DNA of 64,000 nucleotides, taken from contig NW_025963780.1 in the NCBI RefSeq assembly GCF_023055435.1, positions 33,604,001-33,668,000 of the forward strand. Direction: 5' to 3'. Each line of letters opens with the position of its first letter. The first letter of the stretch is position 1. This document shows positions 47,369-60,624 of the stretch, piece after piece. Source of the DNA: Haliotis rufescens (Eukaryota). The notes beneath the pieces are model-generated. The model searched no databases. It worked only from the letters and a program-made list of their open reading frames with translations, and was not told where the DNA came from. A program made the translations under genes and the position numbers.

Positions 47369-48408
47369 AGTCTTTGAATGGCATTTAGAAGTGATACACA
47401 TAAGAGAGAGAGAATTTATGGATGTCAACTTCTTTATTATGAGGAACACAACATTTCGGAGTACATACTTACTCCTTCATCAGGTGAATGAAGGAGTAAG
47501 CATACACTGATTTACCTGATGGAGGAGTATGCATACACTGATTAACCTGATGAAGGAGTAGGCATACACTGATTTACCTGATGAAGGAGTAAGCATACAC
47601 TGTTTTACCTGATGAAGGAGTAGGCATACACTGATTTACCTGATGAAGGAGTAGGCATACACTGATTTACCTGATGAAGGAGTAGGCATACACTGATTTA
47701 CCTGATGAAGGAGTAGCATACACTGATTTACCTGATGAAGGAGTAGGCATACACTGATTTACCTGATGAAGGAGTAGGCATACACTGATTTACTTGATGA
47801 AGGAGTAGGCATATACTGATTTACCTGATGGAAGGAGTAGGCATACACTGATTTACCTGATGGAAGGAGTAGGCATACACTGTTTTACCTGATGAAGGAG
47901 TAGGCATACACTGATTTACCTGATGAAGGAGTAGGCATACACTGATTTACTTGATGAAGGAGTAGATATATATACTGTTTTACCTGATGAAGGAGTAGGC
48001 ATACACTGATTAACCTGATGAAGGAGTAGGCATACACTGATTTACTTGATGAAGGAGTAGATATATATACTGTTTTACCTGATGAAGGAGTAGTTATACA
48101 CTGTTTTACCTGATGAAGCAGTAGGCATACACTGATTTACTTGATGAAGAAGTAGACATACACTGTTTTACCTAATGAAGGAGTAGGCATACACTGATTT
48201 ACCTGATGAAGGAGTGAGCATAAATTGATTTACCTGATGAAGGAGTAGGCATACATTGATTTACCTGATGAAGGAGTAGGTAACACTGTTTTACCTGATG
48301 AAGGAGTAGGCATACACTGATTTACCTGATGAAGGAGTAAGTATATACTCTGAAACATTGTGTTCCTCATAATACAGATTTTGACATCCATAGATCCTCC
48401 TCTCTCCT
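47369..48408. mobile_element. Penelope-like fold-back element with internal 31-bp hammerhead-derived minisatellite
   Basis: 14-bp TSD ACTATTTACTAGCA; inverted arms about 47404-47486/48324-48406; CTGATGA-a-GGAGTA...TACTCT-GAAA at 48326-48355; about 27 units of CCTGATGAAGGAGTAGGCATACACTGATTTA between the arms. Confidence 0.8.
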
Positions 48409-51400
48409 ACTATTTACTAGCATGCTGTTAATATGCTGTGATGCATTAGTGTATATTATGTTCTGATCTGTAATTGATTTGTAAACAAATATTAATATAT
48501 TGTCAAAGACACATAGCAATATTTTCCTGTACAGTTGGTAAATTTGTGCTTTTGTTTATTTATTGTAATTTAAATATGATGAGAAGATATTTCTTAATAT
48601 CAAAGATTTAGAATACAAATCAAATATGCATTTACCTTGCGCAGGTATATCTGATCTCTTTTGATGTCTGACATTAGTTAATTGTCACTAAATTCTGTGT
48701 GCCCCTCTGTGATATTTTTGTTCTATTACATGTCTGTGTATTTAATATATCATTTTTATAGTTATTATTTAATATTTCAGATTATCAGTTATTTGTCTTT
48801 TGGGATTGTGTCCTTTTATACATCTATTGCTCAGGTTGAACCACCTGCAGACAGCAGGGTTGTGTTAATTTCCATATTATCTGATGAGAACAATTCCTTG
48901 TTGCTATTGGATCTTGGTCAGAACAAGACGGTACATGAAAAAAAGTAGAAAAAGTTGAATGAAAGCTTTTAAAATAACAGATCAAACAAGAACTTTGTCA
49001 TAATATTTTCAGTATATTACCGTAGACAAGAAAACATCTATTAAGTACAACCATTGTACAAAAATTGTACTACGAGCCTATGACAATAAATCATAGCAGT
49101 TCTATGGAGAAAGTTTTTTGTGTGAGTGAAATCTAAATAAAATTTCTGTCCACCCCTACAAGAAGCAGGTTCAGGCTGATAATCAGAGTAATATGGGTAT
49201 AAATACACCCTGTGTGTCGAGGATGGTAGTTATGCTGCTTGTCATGATATTATATATTGATTTGATTTGACTGTTTAAAGTGTGCCAGTACATTTTACCT
49301 TGTTTCTTGAATGCCTTGGAGAAGAACTTCTTGAGCTCCTTGTTATGAGATTATGAAATAGCATTACTTTATGAAAACAGTGTATATGAGTGTTGATGTT
49401 CTACTTAACTTTTCAACATTATTTTTTATTGTCACATTAACAAATGATCAAATGACTGACAATGTGAAAAGAGTTACCAAAGTACAAAAGAAATATCGAA
49501 TGGCACATTTCAAACAAGACTCCGAAGATGTATCAGTATCTATTTTGATAATTACAGATAACCTGTATCTCTAAACAATTTGATTAAATACAAACATTGT
49601 CAATCAATAGGCAATTCTTTCCAAAACGATGTAAATAATTTGATTTTTTATGTATATATACTACTCAAAAACAGTTAGGGATAACCCGATTCTTTCCTAT
49701 TACTATAGTTTATTGTTTATGTAACTAGTTATAGGAATTGGGTGATCCACTGTTTGATTAGTGTAGAAAAATATGAAATCAAAATGTATTCTTGTTTCTA
49801 ATTGAATTTTGAATGTAAGTTCCGTGTAAGTTTTGTCACTCGCTGTGCAGAGTTGCGTCCCTTGGGCATGTCAGAATTCTATGATTGTGGGTTTGAATCC
49901 CGGTTCGCCCTGATTATGTTTCTAGGTTTCTCAGCACCATACCCGTGCTCGTGGGTTTCACCGAAGTGGTAAATGTCTGAGACCTGTATCACTTTGGGCT
50001 TTCTTCCAACGCTAAGCTGACACGCCGCAATATAACTGGAATACTGTTAAATGCGGCGTTAAACTCAACTCACTCACTCACTCACTCACTCACTCACTCA
50101 CTCACTCACTCTGTCACATAATTTCACTATGGCTTGAAGCATAGCTGTATTGCTTATTGGCAGCAGTACTTCTGTAATAAATACTTACATGTGAATGGAG
50201 GGTGCTACTGGCAGGACATGCTTACCCTTTTTGCAAACACCTGGTGTCATCACTGATTTTCAGTGGTCCATTCTTATATTTTTACAGCTATTTTGGCCTT
50301 TATGCCAAATGGAATCTGTTTTAGAAGAAAATCAAAACTTGTTATTCTCTTGTATTCATGTTTTATATTATGTTACATGTATGACAGTATCAACTATACA
50401 ATGTGCTGATGGTTGTATACAGCCACAGTGCTACAAGTCTAAGTCTGTACGTGTACTTGAGGCCATGACAAATTGATTATTTGTTCACAGGGTTTTCTGG
50501 TTAAAGTACAAGAGCTTGGAGTCGGTTTTATTATTTGGTTGAAATGACAAACTGTTCCTGAAAATAGAGACAGAATGTCAATATCCCTCTGAGCTGTGAG
50601 GGGGGCTCGGGTGGCCCAGTCGTCTAAGGCGCTGTGATTCGCTGTGCAGAGTTTCCTCCCTTGGACACACCAGAAACCTATGATTGTGGGTTCGAATCCC
50701 GGTTCGCTCCAGTTATGTTTTTAGGTGTGTCAGCACCATACCTGTGCGCGTTGGTTTCACTGAAGTGGTAAATGTCTAAAACCTGCATCAATTTTCCTCC
50801 CACATTAAGCTGACATGCCATGATTTAACTGGAATACTGTTAAAAGCGTTGAACTCACTCACTCGCTCACTCACTGAGCTGTGGTACATACTTCGTATGC
50901 TTTCACTTAGGTAGTCGTAATGTGTATGTAGAGTTGCCATCTCTGATCAGAAGGTTGTGGGTGAGCTGAAATGGGGTTTAACATTGTTTTCAAGAATATT
51001 GCACTTACATAACGTGTAAGCTGTGTGTGTGTGTGTGTGTCTGCTTGTACTTGTCCGGACTAATGTCAGTTTTATAGTGCTATCCCACTGAGATACCATG
51101 CTGCATTTTAACATGGCTACCCCACTCAGACACAGTATACAGACTCCGAGCCGACCATTCCTTGTTTTAGCCCCATAAAGCTGAGCACCAGGTAGGGTAA
51201 TAACAGGTACCACCTGAGGATTGAACCACAAACCTTCCCAGTGTAGGGGAAACCCTTTTTTCATATAATCCCTGGGAAATGATTAGAAGTATGACGGCTA
51301 CTACTGCAACTGTCATTTTATTAGCACTTTTTAACTTGACCATTGATTGTTGCTTGGGATTTAATTAAGTTTTCATGACACTAGCTGTGATTGTGTTTTG

Positions 51401-51544
51401 TAATACACTAAAACCTTATGACCCACATCCCAAATTAACAGACACATTGTATTTTATTTAATTGATTCTGATGAACAAGTTATCAGTTAGTCATGGCCTG
51501 AGTCACATTTCTTTCACTAAATTTGATATAAAGTCTTTTATAGG

Positions 51545-51625
51545 CATTCACCTGATGAAGGAGCAACAAGTAGCTCTGAAACATAATGGCAGACAAAGAA
51601 TAAAAGAAGTTGCTATCCATAAAAA
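51545..51625 (+). mobile_element. PLE 3'-end fragment with hammerhead motif
   Basis: CTGATGA-a-GGAGC-aacaagta-GCTCT-GAAAC (51552-51582) followed by AATAAAAGAAGTTGCTATCCATAAA. Confidence 0.65.
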
Positions 51626-51991
51626 GTATCATGTGTTCAAATATGTTATTGATCAACTGTCTTGTAGCTAATAGAGTTTTTGTATTCAAGTAATCATGGT
51701 AATGTTCCAGAGTGGAAAGAATTGTAAAAAGACTATTTGTTGAGAGTTGGTAGTTTTTTGTGATGAATCTATCGAGAGTGATGATTGTCAAAGCTTTTGG
51801 TAATTAGGCTGTCTACTGACAAGTATTCTACTCAAACGTGTACATGTGTATCTACTTAGGTATCGGCTTACAATGTTATACACTATGCAGCAGTAGCAGA
51901 CATAGATGCAGTAGTTTTGTACAACTGGCTTCAAATAAAGGTAGAACCAAACTGACACTGGTTCCTGGATTTGTTTTGTTGGGAGATGCAA

Positions 51992-54572
51992 TAGATGCCT
52001 GTAGTGGAACACTGTCCTGGGTGGAGGTTCTACAGATGCCTGTAGTGGAACACTGTCTTAGGTGGTGGTTCTACAGATGCCTGTAGTGGAACACTCTCCT
52101 GGGTGGTGATTCTACAGATGGCTGTAGTGGAACACTGTCCTGGGTGGTGGTTCTACAGATGCCTGTAGTGGAACACTGTCCTGGGTGGTGGTTCTACAGT
52201 TGCCTGTAGTGGAACACTGTCTTAGGTGGTGGTTCTACAGATGCCTGTAGTGGAACACTGTCCTGGGTGGTGGTTCTACAGTTGCCTGTAGTGGAACACT
52301 GTCCTAGGTGGTGGTTCTACAGATGCCTGTAGTGGAACACTCTCCTGGGTGGTGATTCTACAGATGCCTGTAGTGGAACACTCTCCTGGGTGGTGATTCT
52401 ACAGATGCCTGTAGTGGAACACTGTTCTGGGTGGTGGTTCTACAGATGCCTGTAGTGGAACACTGTTCTGGGTGGTGGTTCTACAGATGCCTGTAGTGGA
52501 ACACTCTCCTGGGTGGTGATTCTACAGATGCCTGTAGTGGAACACTGTCTTAGGTGGTGGTTCTACAGATGCCTGTAGTGGAACACTGTCTTAGGTGGTG
52601 GTTCTACAGATACCTGGAGTGGAACACTGTCCTGGGTGGTGGTTCTACAGATACCTGGAGTGGAACACTCTCCTGGGTGGTGATTCTACAGATGCCTGTA
52701 GTGGAACACTGTCTTAGGTGGTGGTTCTACAGATGCCTGTAGTGGAACACTGTCTTAGGTGGTGGTTCTACAGATGCCTGTAGTGGAACACTGTCCTGGG
52801 TGGTGGTTCTACAGATGCCTGTAGTGGAACACTCTCCTGGGTGGTGGTTCTACAGATGCCTGTAGTGGAACACTGTCCTGGGTGGTGGTTCCACAGATGC
52901 CTGTAGTGGAACACTGTCTTAGGTGGTGGTTCTACAGTTGCCTGTAGTGGAACACTGTCCTGGGTGGTGGTTCTACAGATGCCTGTAGTGGAACACTGTC
53001 CTGGGTGGTGGTTCTACAGATGCCTGTAGTGGAACACTGTCTTAGGTGGTGGTTCTACAGTTGCCTGTAGTGGAACACTGTCCTGGGTGGTGGTTCTACA
53101 GATGCCTGTAGTGGAACACTGTCTTAGGTGGTGGTTCTACAGTTGCCTGTAGTGGAACACTGTCTTAGGTGGTGGTTCTACAGTTGCCTGTAGTGGAACA
53201 CTGTCCTGGGTGGTGGTTCTACAGATGCCTGTAGTGGAACACTGTCTTAGGTGGTGGTTCTACAGTTGCCTGTAGTGGAACACTGTCCTGGGTGGTGGTT
53301 CTACAGATGCCTGTAGTGGAACACTGTCTAAGGTGGTGGTTCTACAGATGCCTGCAGTGGAACACTGTCCTAGGTGGTGGTGATTCTACAGATGCCTGTA
53401 GTGGAACACTCTCCTGGGTGGTGGTTCTACAGATGCCTGTAGTGGAACACTGTCCTGGGTGGTGGTTCTACAGATGCCTGTAGTGGAACACTGTCCTAGG
53501 TGGTGGTTCTACAGATGCCTGTAGTGGAACACTCTCCTGGGTGGTGGTTCTACAGATGCCTGTAGTGGAACACTGTCCTGGGTGGAGGTTCTACAGATGC
53601 CTGTAGTGGAACACTGTCCTGGGTGGTGGTTCTACAGATGCCTGTAGTGGAACACTCTCCTGGGTGGTGGTTCTACAGATGCCTGTAGTGGAACACTGTC
53701 CTGGGTGGTGGTTCTACAGATACCTTTAGTGGAACACTCTCCTGGGTGGTGGTTCTACAGATGCCTGTAGTGGAACACTCTCCTGGGTGGTGGTTCTACA
53801 GATGCCTGTAGTGGAACACTCTCCTGGGTGGTGGTTCTACAGATGCCTGTAGTGGAACACTGTTCTGGGTGGTGGTTCTACAGATACCTTTAGTGGAACA
53901 CTCTCCTGGGTGGTGGTTCTACAGATGCCTGTAGTGGAACACTGTCCTGGGTGGTGGTTCTACAAATGCCTGTAGTGGAACACTGTCCTAGGTGGTGGTT
54001 CTACAGATGCCTGTAGTGGAATACTGTCTTAGGTGGAGGTTCTACAGATGCCTGGAGTGGAACACTGTCCTGGGTGGTGGTTCTACAGATGCCTGTAGTG
54101 GAACACTCTCCTGGGTGGTGGTTCTACAGATGCCTGTAGTGGAACACTGTCCTGGGTGGTGGTTCTACAGATACCTTTAGTGGAACACTCTCCTGGGTGG
54201 TGGTTCTACAGATGCCTGTAGTGGAACACTCTCCTAGGTGGTGGTTCTACAGATGCCTGTAGTGGAACACTGTCCTGGGTGGTGGTTCTACAGATGCCTG
54301 TAGTGGAACACTCTCCTGGGTGGAGGTTCCACAGATGCCTGGAGTGGAACACTGTCCTGGGTGGTGATTCTACAGATGCCTGGAGTGGAACACTGTCCTA
54401 GGTGGTGGTTCTTCAGATGCCTGTAGTGGAACACTGTTCTGGGTGGTGGTTCCACAGATGGCTGTAGTGGAACACTGCCCAAGGTGGTGGTTCTACAGAT
54501 GCCTGTAGTGGAACACTGTTCTTGGTGGTGATTCTACAGATACCTTTAGTGGAACACAGTCCTAGGTGGTGG
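51992..54572. repeat. 41-bp minisatellite, about 63 copies
   Basis: CAGATGCCTGTAGTGGAACACTGTCCTGGGTGGTGGTTCTA. Confidence 0.97.
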
Positions 54573-55074
54573 TTGAATGGGTGGTGGAATGAAGACTGAC
54601 CTGGGTTCAGGCTGCAGGTCAGATAAAGTTTGTCGTACATGCTGCAGATGAGACCCATTACCAGGAATCCTCGATTTTCAAGCAATATTCCAGCAATATT
54701 AACCTACCAAAGTGAGGAATTGAACCCGGTCTAAGGTGTGCAATTGTTTTATACTACCACACACTCTGCACTACATGGGAAGAGTAAGTGAGAAAACAGT
54801 ACTTCAGTTATTTTTTAATAGGATTTCAATAATATTACAACGACAATGTGGGTTGGTGTAGGAGGAAGTGGTACAGGTCTTGGACATTTGTCACCCTGTT
54901 GAAACCCAGGAGCACAAGTGACAAACCTAAAAACATTTTCAGTACAAAGCGGGTTTCGAACATGTGATCACGGATCACACGACCTGTTGCACCTTGGACA
55001 ACAGGGCCATATGTGTCCCCTACATTCACATAGGCAGCTTTAACTTAGATTGCAAGATCATATTTGAAACAGAT

Positions 55075-55532
55075 CGGAGAAGGAGGTCTGTATAACATGT
55101 AATCCCGGGTCAGAGAAGGAGGTCTGTATAACGTGTAATCCCGGGTCCACGAAGGAGATCTGTATAACATGTAATCCCGGGTCAGAGAAGGAGGTCTGTG
55201 TAACATGTAATCCCGGGTCCACGAAGGAGGTCTGTGTAGCATGTAATAGCGGGTCAGAGAAGGAGGTCTATAAACCATGTAATCCCGGGTCAGAGAAGGG
55301 GGTCTGTGTAGCATGTAATCCCGGGTCCACGAAGGAGGTCTGTGTAGCATGTAATAGCGGGTCAGAGAAGGAGGTCTATAAACTATGTAATCCCGGGTCA
55401 GAGAAGGGGGTCTATGTAACATGTAATCCCGGGTCCACGAAGGAGGTCTGTGTAGCATGTAATCCCGGGTCCACGAAGGAGGTCTGTGTAGCATGTAATC
55501 CCGGGTCGGAGAAGGAGGTCTGTATAACATGT
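55075..55532. repeat. 36-bp minisatellite
   Basis: GAAGGAGGTCTGTGTAGCATGTAATCCCGGGTCCAC, about 12 copies. Confidence 0.93.
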
Positions 55533-56383
55533 ACTGCCCGGTTGGAGCGGGAGGTTAACATACGATATACACCTCCTTTGGAACAGTAGGTCAATGGTTG
55601 GCGCAGGAGGTCAATACACGGGATATTCCCAGGTCAAAACAGGTGTATAATGGATATGCACCTTGGTTTGAGCAGGAGGTCTATACAAGATACACTCGTG
55701 ATAGGAGTTAGTAAGTTGAGTTTAATTTAACGCTGCTATTAGCAGTATTCCAGTTGTATCACGGCGCGTCAGCTTGATGTTTGAGGAAAGCCCGAAGTGA
55801 TGCAGGATTCGGACGTTTACGACTTCGGTGACACCACGAGCACGGATATGGTGCTGACAAACCTAGAAACATAATCATGGCGAAGAGGGATTCGAACGCA
55901 CGATTATAGGCTTCTGACCTGCCAAAGGGACGCAACTCTTCACAGCGTATTGCGGCGCCTTAGACGACTGGGCCACCTGGGCCCCCTTGTTTGGAAGAGG
56001 AGGAGGATATCTACGATATATAGGATATCTAATATATTCCCTAATAAATAAATGAAGTGTCACGACACATTTACTTATTTTGTGGCCAGAATATCGATAT
56101 CAAAATACGAACTACATGATAACGAACACTCGTAGGAATCCGGGTTACAGAACTGGTTCCTAGCAACCTATTGTCGTACGAGCCAACTAACGGGATCGAG
56201 TTGTCAGACTCATTGCATGTCGCATCCCGACTGCGTAGATCGATGCTCATGATTCAATCACTGGATTTTTGGGTCGAGACTCGATTATTCGATAACCGTC
56301 GTATAGATGGAATGTTGTAGCTTTAAGCAACAAACAGAACAAAAGAGTCATGAAAAGACGGGCAATTGTCGAGTTTAAAATAT

Positions 56384-56878
56384 GGACCGCCTCCATAGTC
56401 TAGTGGATAAAGCTTCCGCCCGGAGAGCGGAAGGTCGGTTGTTTGTTTGTTTGTTTGTTTGTTTGTTTGTTTGGTGTTTAACGCCGCACTCAGCAATATT
56501 CCAGCTATATGACGGCGGTCTGTAAATAATCGATCCACGCAATTGTGATCGATGACAAGCATCAACCGAGTCAGCGAGCCTGACCACCCGATCCCGTTAT
56601 TCGCCTCTTTCGACTAGCATAGTCGCCTTTTATGGCAATCATGGTGTGCTGAAGACTTATTCTACCCCGGACCTTCACGGGTCAGGTCGGTGGTGCGATT
56701 CTTTACCGCGTCATACCAAAACACGTTAAAGGATGGTACTTGTTGTTGCTCTGCCCTGGTGCTCGGCATTATGTGGGATAAAACAAGGACTGGTACAAGA
56801 AGATACGCACGCATGCACGCACACACGCTATATAAGTGCCATAATCTTGAACTCGACGTTAAACTCCATTTAACCCCA
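56384..56878 (+). mobile_element. SINE family D (Meta-domain-like core GTCATACCAAA...GGTACTTG) interrupted by a family B copy
   Basis: tRNA-like head split at TSD AGGTCGGT (56432-56439/56684-56691); related minus-strand copy at about 50970-51215. Confidence 0.7.
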
Positions 56879-57633
56879 CCTTTAAAAAGTGGTATCTGTT
56901 TTGTGAGCTCGTTTTATACACTCATAAATAAGGTTCTTCTTCACATCCTACTCAAAATATTAAGCTTGCTTATAAGGAGACCGTAACAGGCATACCATTG
57001 TTATAGCTTCTTCGATCTGGTAACGTATGTCTCACATTATCGCTGATACATTGATACAGCGGAACAGCTGTTGGACACTACCGTACATAACAACACAACG
57101 GACCAAGTATTCCTTCTGTATGCCTAAAATATATTGTAAGACATATATCGAAAACCTTGAAAACATGAAAGCATATGACAAACAAACAGAAGCTGGCTTA
57201 TTTTTTTAAACGCACGTGCGTGTAGTAATTACTTTTTAGCAGAAAAGTACAACCATTTTGTGAAAAAAGGGTATTTCACACGCTCGTGTTGTAAAATGTG
57301 TGAATCTCATTTTTGGTGTCCCACGCCGTGATATTGCTGGAATTTTGCTGAAAGTGGCTTAAACCTAACTCACTCACTCACTCACTCACTCACTCACTCA
57401 TTATTATTTATGGATGCGTCCGCTCACTCACTCACTCATCAATATTTATGGATTCGTCCAATGGCTTAATGTGAAAATATCATTTGTACTGCAGACACTT
57501 CAAATATGGCTGAAATCAATACCGGGCACTTTTAAAAGCAGAAGAGTTGAACAGCTTTGCTGGTGGTCGATAGCCCGGCTGTGCAACGCACTCTGACCTA
57601 ATTTGTTTACCTGTTTTGTTGTTACGTTCGACA

Positions 57634-58705
57634 GGCCAATACAGGTAATATAGTCTTCCATTGTCCAATCAAGGTAATATAGTCTTCCATGGGCCAATAC
57701 AGGTAATATAGTCTTCCATGGGCCAATCCAGGTAATATAGTCTTCCATGGGCCAATACAGGTAATATAGTCTTCCATGGGCCAATACAGGTAATATAGTC
57801 TTCCATGGGCCAATACAGGTAATGTAGTCTTCCAAGGGCCAATACAGGTAATATAGCTTTCCACTGGCCAATACAGGTAATATAGTTTTCCACTGGCCAA
57901 TACAGGTAATATGGTCTTTCACTGGCCAATACAGGTAATATAATCTTCCATGGGCCAATATAGATAATATAGTCTTCCACGGGCCAATACAGGTAATATA
58001 GTCTTCCACGGCCCATACAGGTAATATAGTCGTCCACTGGTGAATACAGGTAATATAGTCTTCCATGGGCCCATACATGTAATATAATCTTCCATGGGCC
58101 AATATAGATAATATAGTCTTCCACTGGTAAATACAGGTAATATAGTCTTCCACGGGCCCATACAGGTAATATAGTCTTCCACTGACCAATACAGGTAATA
58201 TAGTCTTCCATGGGCCAATACAGGTAATATAGTCTTCCATGGGCCCATACATTGTCTTCCACGGGCCAATACAGGTAATATAGTTTTCCACTGGCCAATA
58301 CAGGTAATATGGTCTTTCACTGGCCAATACAGGTAATATAATCTTCCATGGGCCAATATAGATAATATAGTCTTCCACGGGCCAATACAGGTAATATAGT
58401 CTTCCACGGCCCATACAGGTAATATAGTCGTCCACTGGTGAATACAGGTAATATAGTCTTCCATGGGCCCATACATGTAATATAATCTTCCATGGGCCAA
58501 TATAGATAATATAGTCTTCCACTGGTAAATACAGGTAATATAGTCTTCCACGGCCCATACAGGTAATATAGTCTTCCACTGACCAATACAGGTAATATAG
58601 TCTTCCATGGGCCAATACAGGTAATATAGTCTTCCATTGGCCAATACATTGTCTTCCACGGGCCAATATAGGTAATATAGTTTTCTACGGCCCAACATAG
58701 GTAAT
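57634..58705. repeat. 29-bp minisatellite
   Basis: GGCCAATACAGGTAATATAGTCTTCCATG, about 37 copies. Confidence 0.95.
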
Positions 58706-58742
58706 GTAATCATCGGCGCCTCTTGTTTCTAAACATCAATAA

Positions 58743-58902
58743 GGGCGGGCGGGTAACCTAGTGGTTAAAGCGTTCGCTCGTCACGCCGAAGACCCGGGTT
58801 CGATTCCCGACATGGGTACAATGTGTGAAGCCCATTTCTGGTGTCCCCCGCCGTGATATTGCTGGAATATTGCTAAAAGCGGCGTAAAACCATACTCACT
58901 CA
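58743..58902 (+). mobile_element. SINE family A (near-consensus copy)
   Basis: TSD CTAAACATCAATAA. Confidence 0.92.
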
Positions 58903-59159
58903 CTAAACATCAATAAACTCAGAGTGTGTTATTCCTAGAATCGTGCACTTTTCGTGCTAATAAAATAAATTTTCAAAAGCAATCAATAATCGTACAAGTA
59001 ACACGTGTTGGACACGCCCTTTATTGATGAGACTACGGCACAGCAACGCTTTTCTTAACCGTGGCTGCGTTGCTGTTCTCATAGACAAATTAGGTTAGTG
59101 ACTTCTCCTGGTGAATTATAAGGTAATGTTTAGTCGACGCAGCATGGGCACCCTTGTTG

Positions 59160-59276
59160 ATAGACAGTGTTAAGTTAACCTCAGTGAATCGTCCGTTTGT
59201 GGTACTGGGGTCGGAATGGCAACTTTGACGCCACTGTGACGCGAGGAGGACGCGTGTCCGGATGGACGTGTTTTAG
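59160..59276 (+). other. Possible non-coding 5' exon of GALNT
   Basis: CpG-rich unique sequence ending TTTTAG|GTATGT. Alternative donors near 59122 and 59377 make it ambiguous. Confidence 0.3.
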
Positions 59277-60624
59277 GTATGTATTCCGAACAATTGTCTT
59301 ATGATAATTCTATTAAAAATTTCATTACACCATGCCTTATTATTTTTCTAGTAGCACAACGGTGTTCGTTAAATCAGGTGAGAGATTGTATTCCTTTGTC
59401 ATCAATATGTATCACAGCGGGCAATGGAGTCTTGATCAGTGAAACCGGTGATCGATAGTGGGTTTGTTTGTTTGTTGTTTAACGCCGCTATCAGCAATAT
59501 TCCAGCTATTTGACGGCGGTCTGTAAATGATTGAGTCTGGACCAGACAATCCAGTGAGTGACTTCATGAGCATCGATCTACGATGGCATGCATCAACCAA
59601 GTCAGCGGGTCTTCACGGGTCGATCGATAGTGGGAGGTATCCTGACATTGTAGGTCAGGGTGACCCCGGACTGGTCACAGCTGTGTCTTCCGTCACCGTA
59701 GACCTGTCTACAGCATTCCTAGTTCGGTGCGTTTTCGTTACAGTGGTCCATGTATACGCCCTGCCCTCCACTGAGTGGGCCAGTGGTCTGACGGTCCGCA
59801 GTAGGCTAATCATGTGTTCGTATCCCTGATACGCCCTAATAATAGTCCTTTGTGTGTCATCACCACACCTACAACAGAACGGACCCGTGAAGATTCCGGG
59901 GTAGAATAGGTCTTCAGCAACCCATACTTGCTGTAAAAGGCGACTATGTTTGTCGCGACTAACGTGATCGGGTGGTCAGGCGTGGATCGATGCTCATGAT
60001 GTCAATCACTGGATTGTCTGGTCCAGACTCGATTATTTTACAGACGGCCGTCATATAGCTGGAATATTGCTGAGTGCGGCGTTAAAAAACAAACAAACAA
60101 ACAAATACAACAGAACGCATCAACAGTCGCTATTTCATGTCATCACTCTAAAAAGATTGAACTGCAGATTGTCTCCTGCATGCTAACGAAATGAATAGCT
60201 GATGGTGGTAAACATGCCTCCTAAATGATCTATAATTGTCCTCGCGAATAATTCCCCATCAAGTCGACAATGAACAGAAATACATAAAAATGAGTGTCAT
60301 TTCTCCTAAAGTAGACAATAAAAAGAAATATAAGTCACATGTAATGTTTTGTTAATACTAATGCCAATATTTTTAAATACATGTATTCGCAGTGGAATAA
60401 TTAATGTTCGAAAATAGGATATCCGAGGATATATCTATATAATCTGGTAATATTACTTGCAACATTTTTAGAGTCACAATTACCGAAAATCAAATACAGT
60501 TTCAAGTGTGAAGATGAAATGTCTCCGAAAGTAAGCAAAATCTCATCACACGCCAAAAAAATCTCTTTGCTTTCGGACCACGGGAGGTTTTCTCTCATAG
60601 GTAAAAATATTCAGGATAATCCGT

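Noticed and set aside
51992-54572. CRISPR-like regular repeats (also the 31-, 37- and 29-bp arrays)
   Set aside because: Units are head-to-tail with no unique spacers, there are no cas genes, and the context is eukaryotic.
55045-55530. 161-aa ORF of 12-aa repeats (MLHRPPSWTRDY)
   Set aside because: Follows trivially from a 36-bp unit without a stop; no non-repeat coding flank.
57500-58713. Long minus-strand ORFs (388, 264, 209 aa)
   Set aside because: Stop-free translations of a 29-bp minisatellite in all three frames; no splice or domain support.
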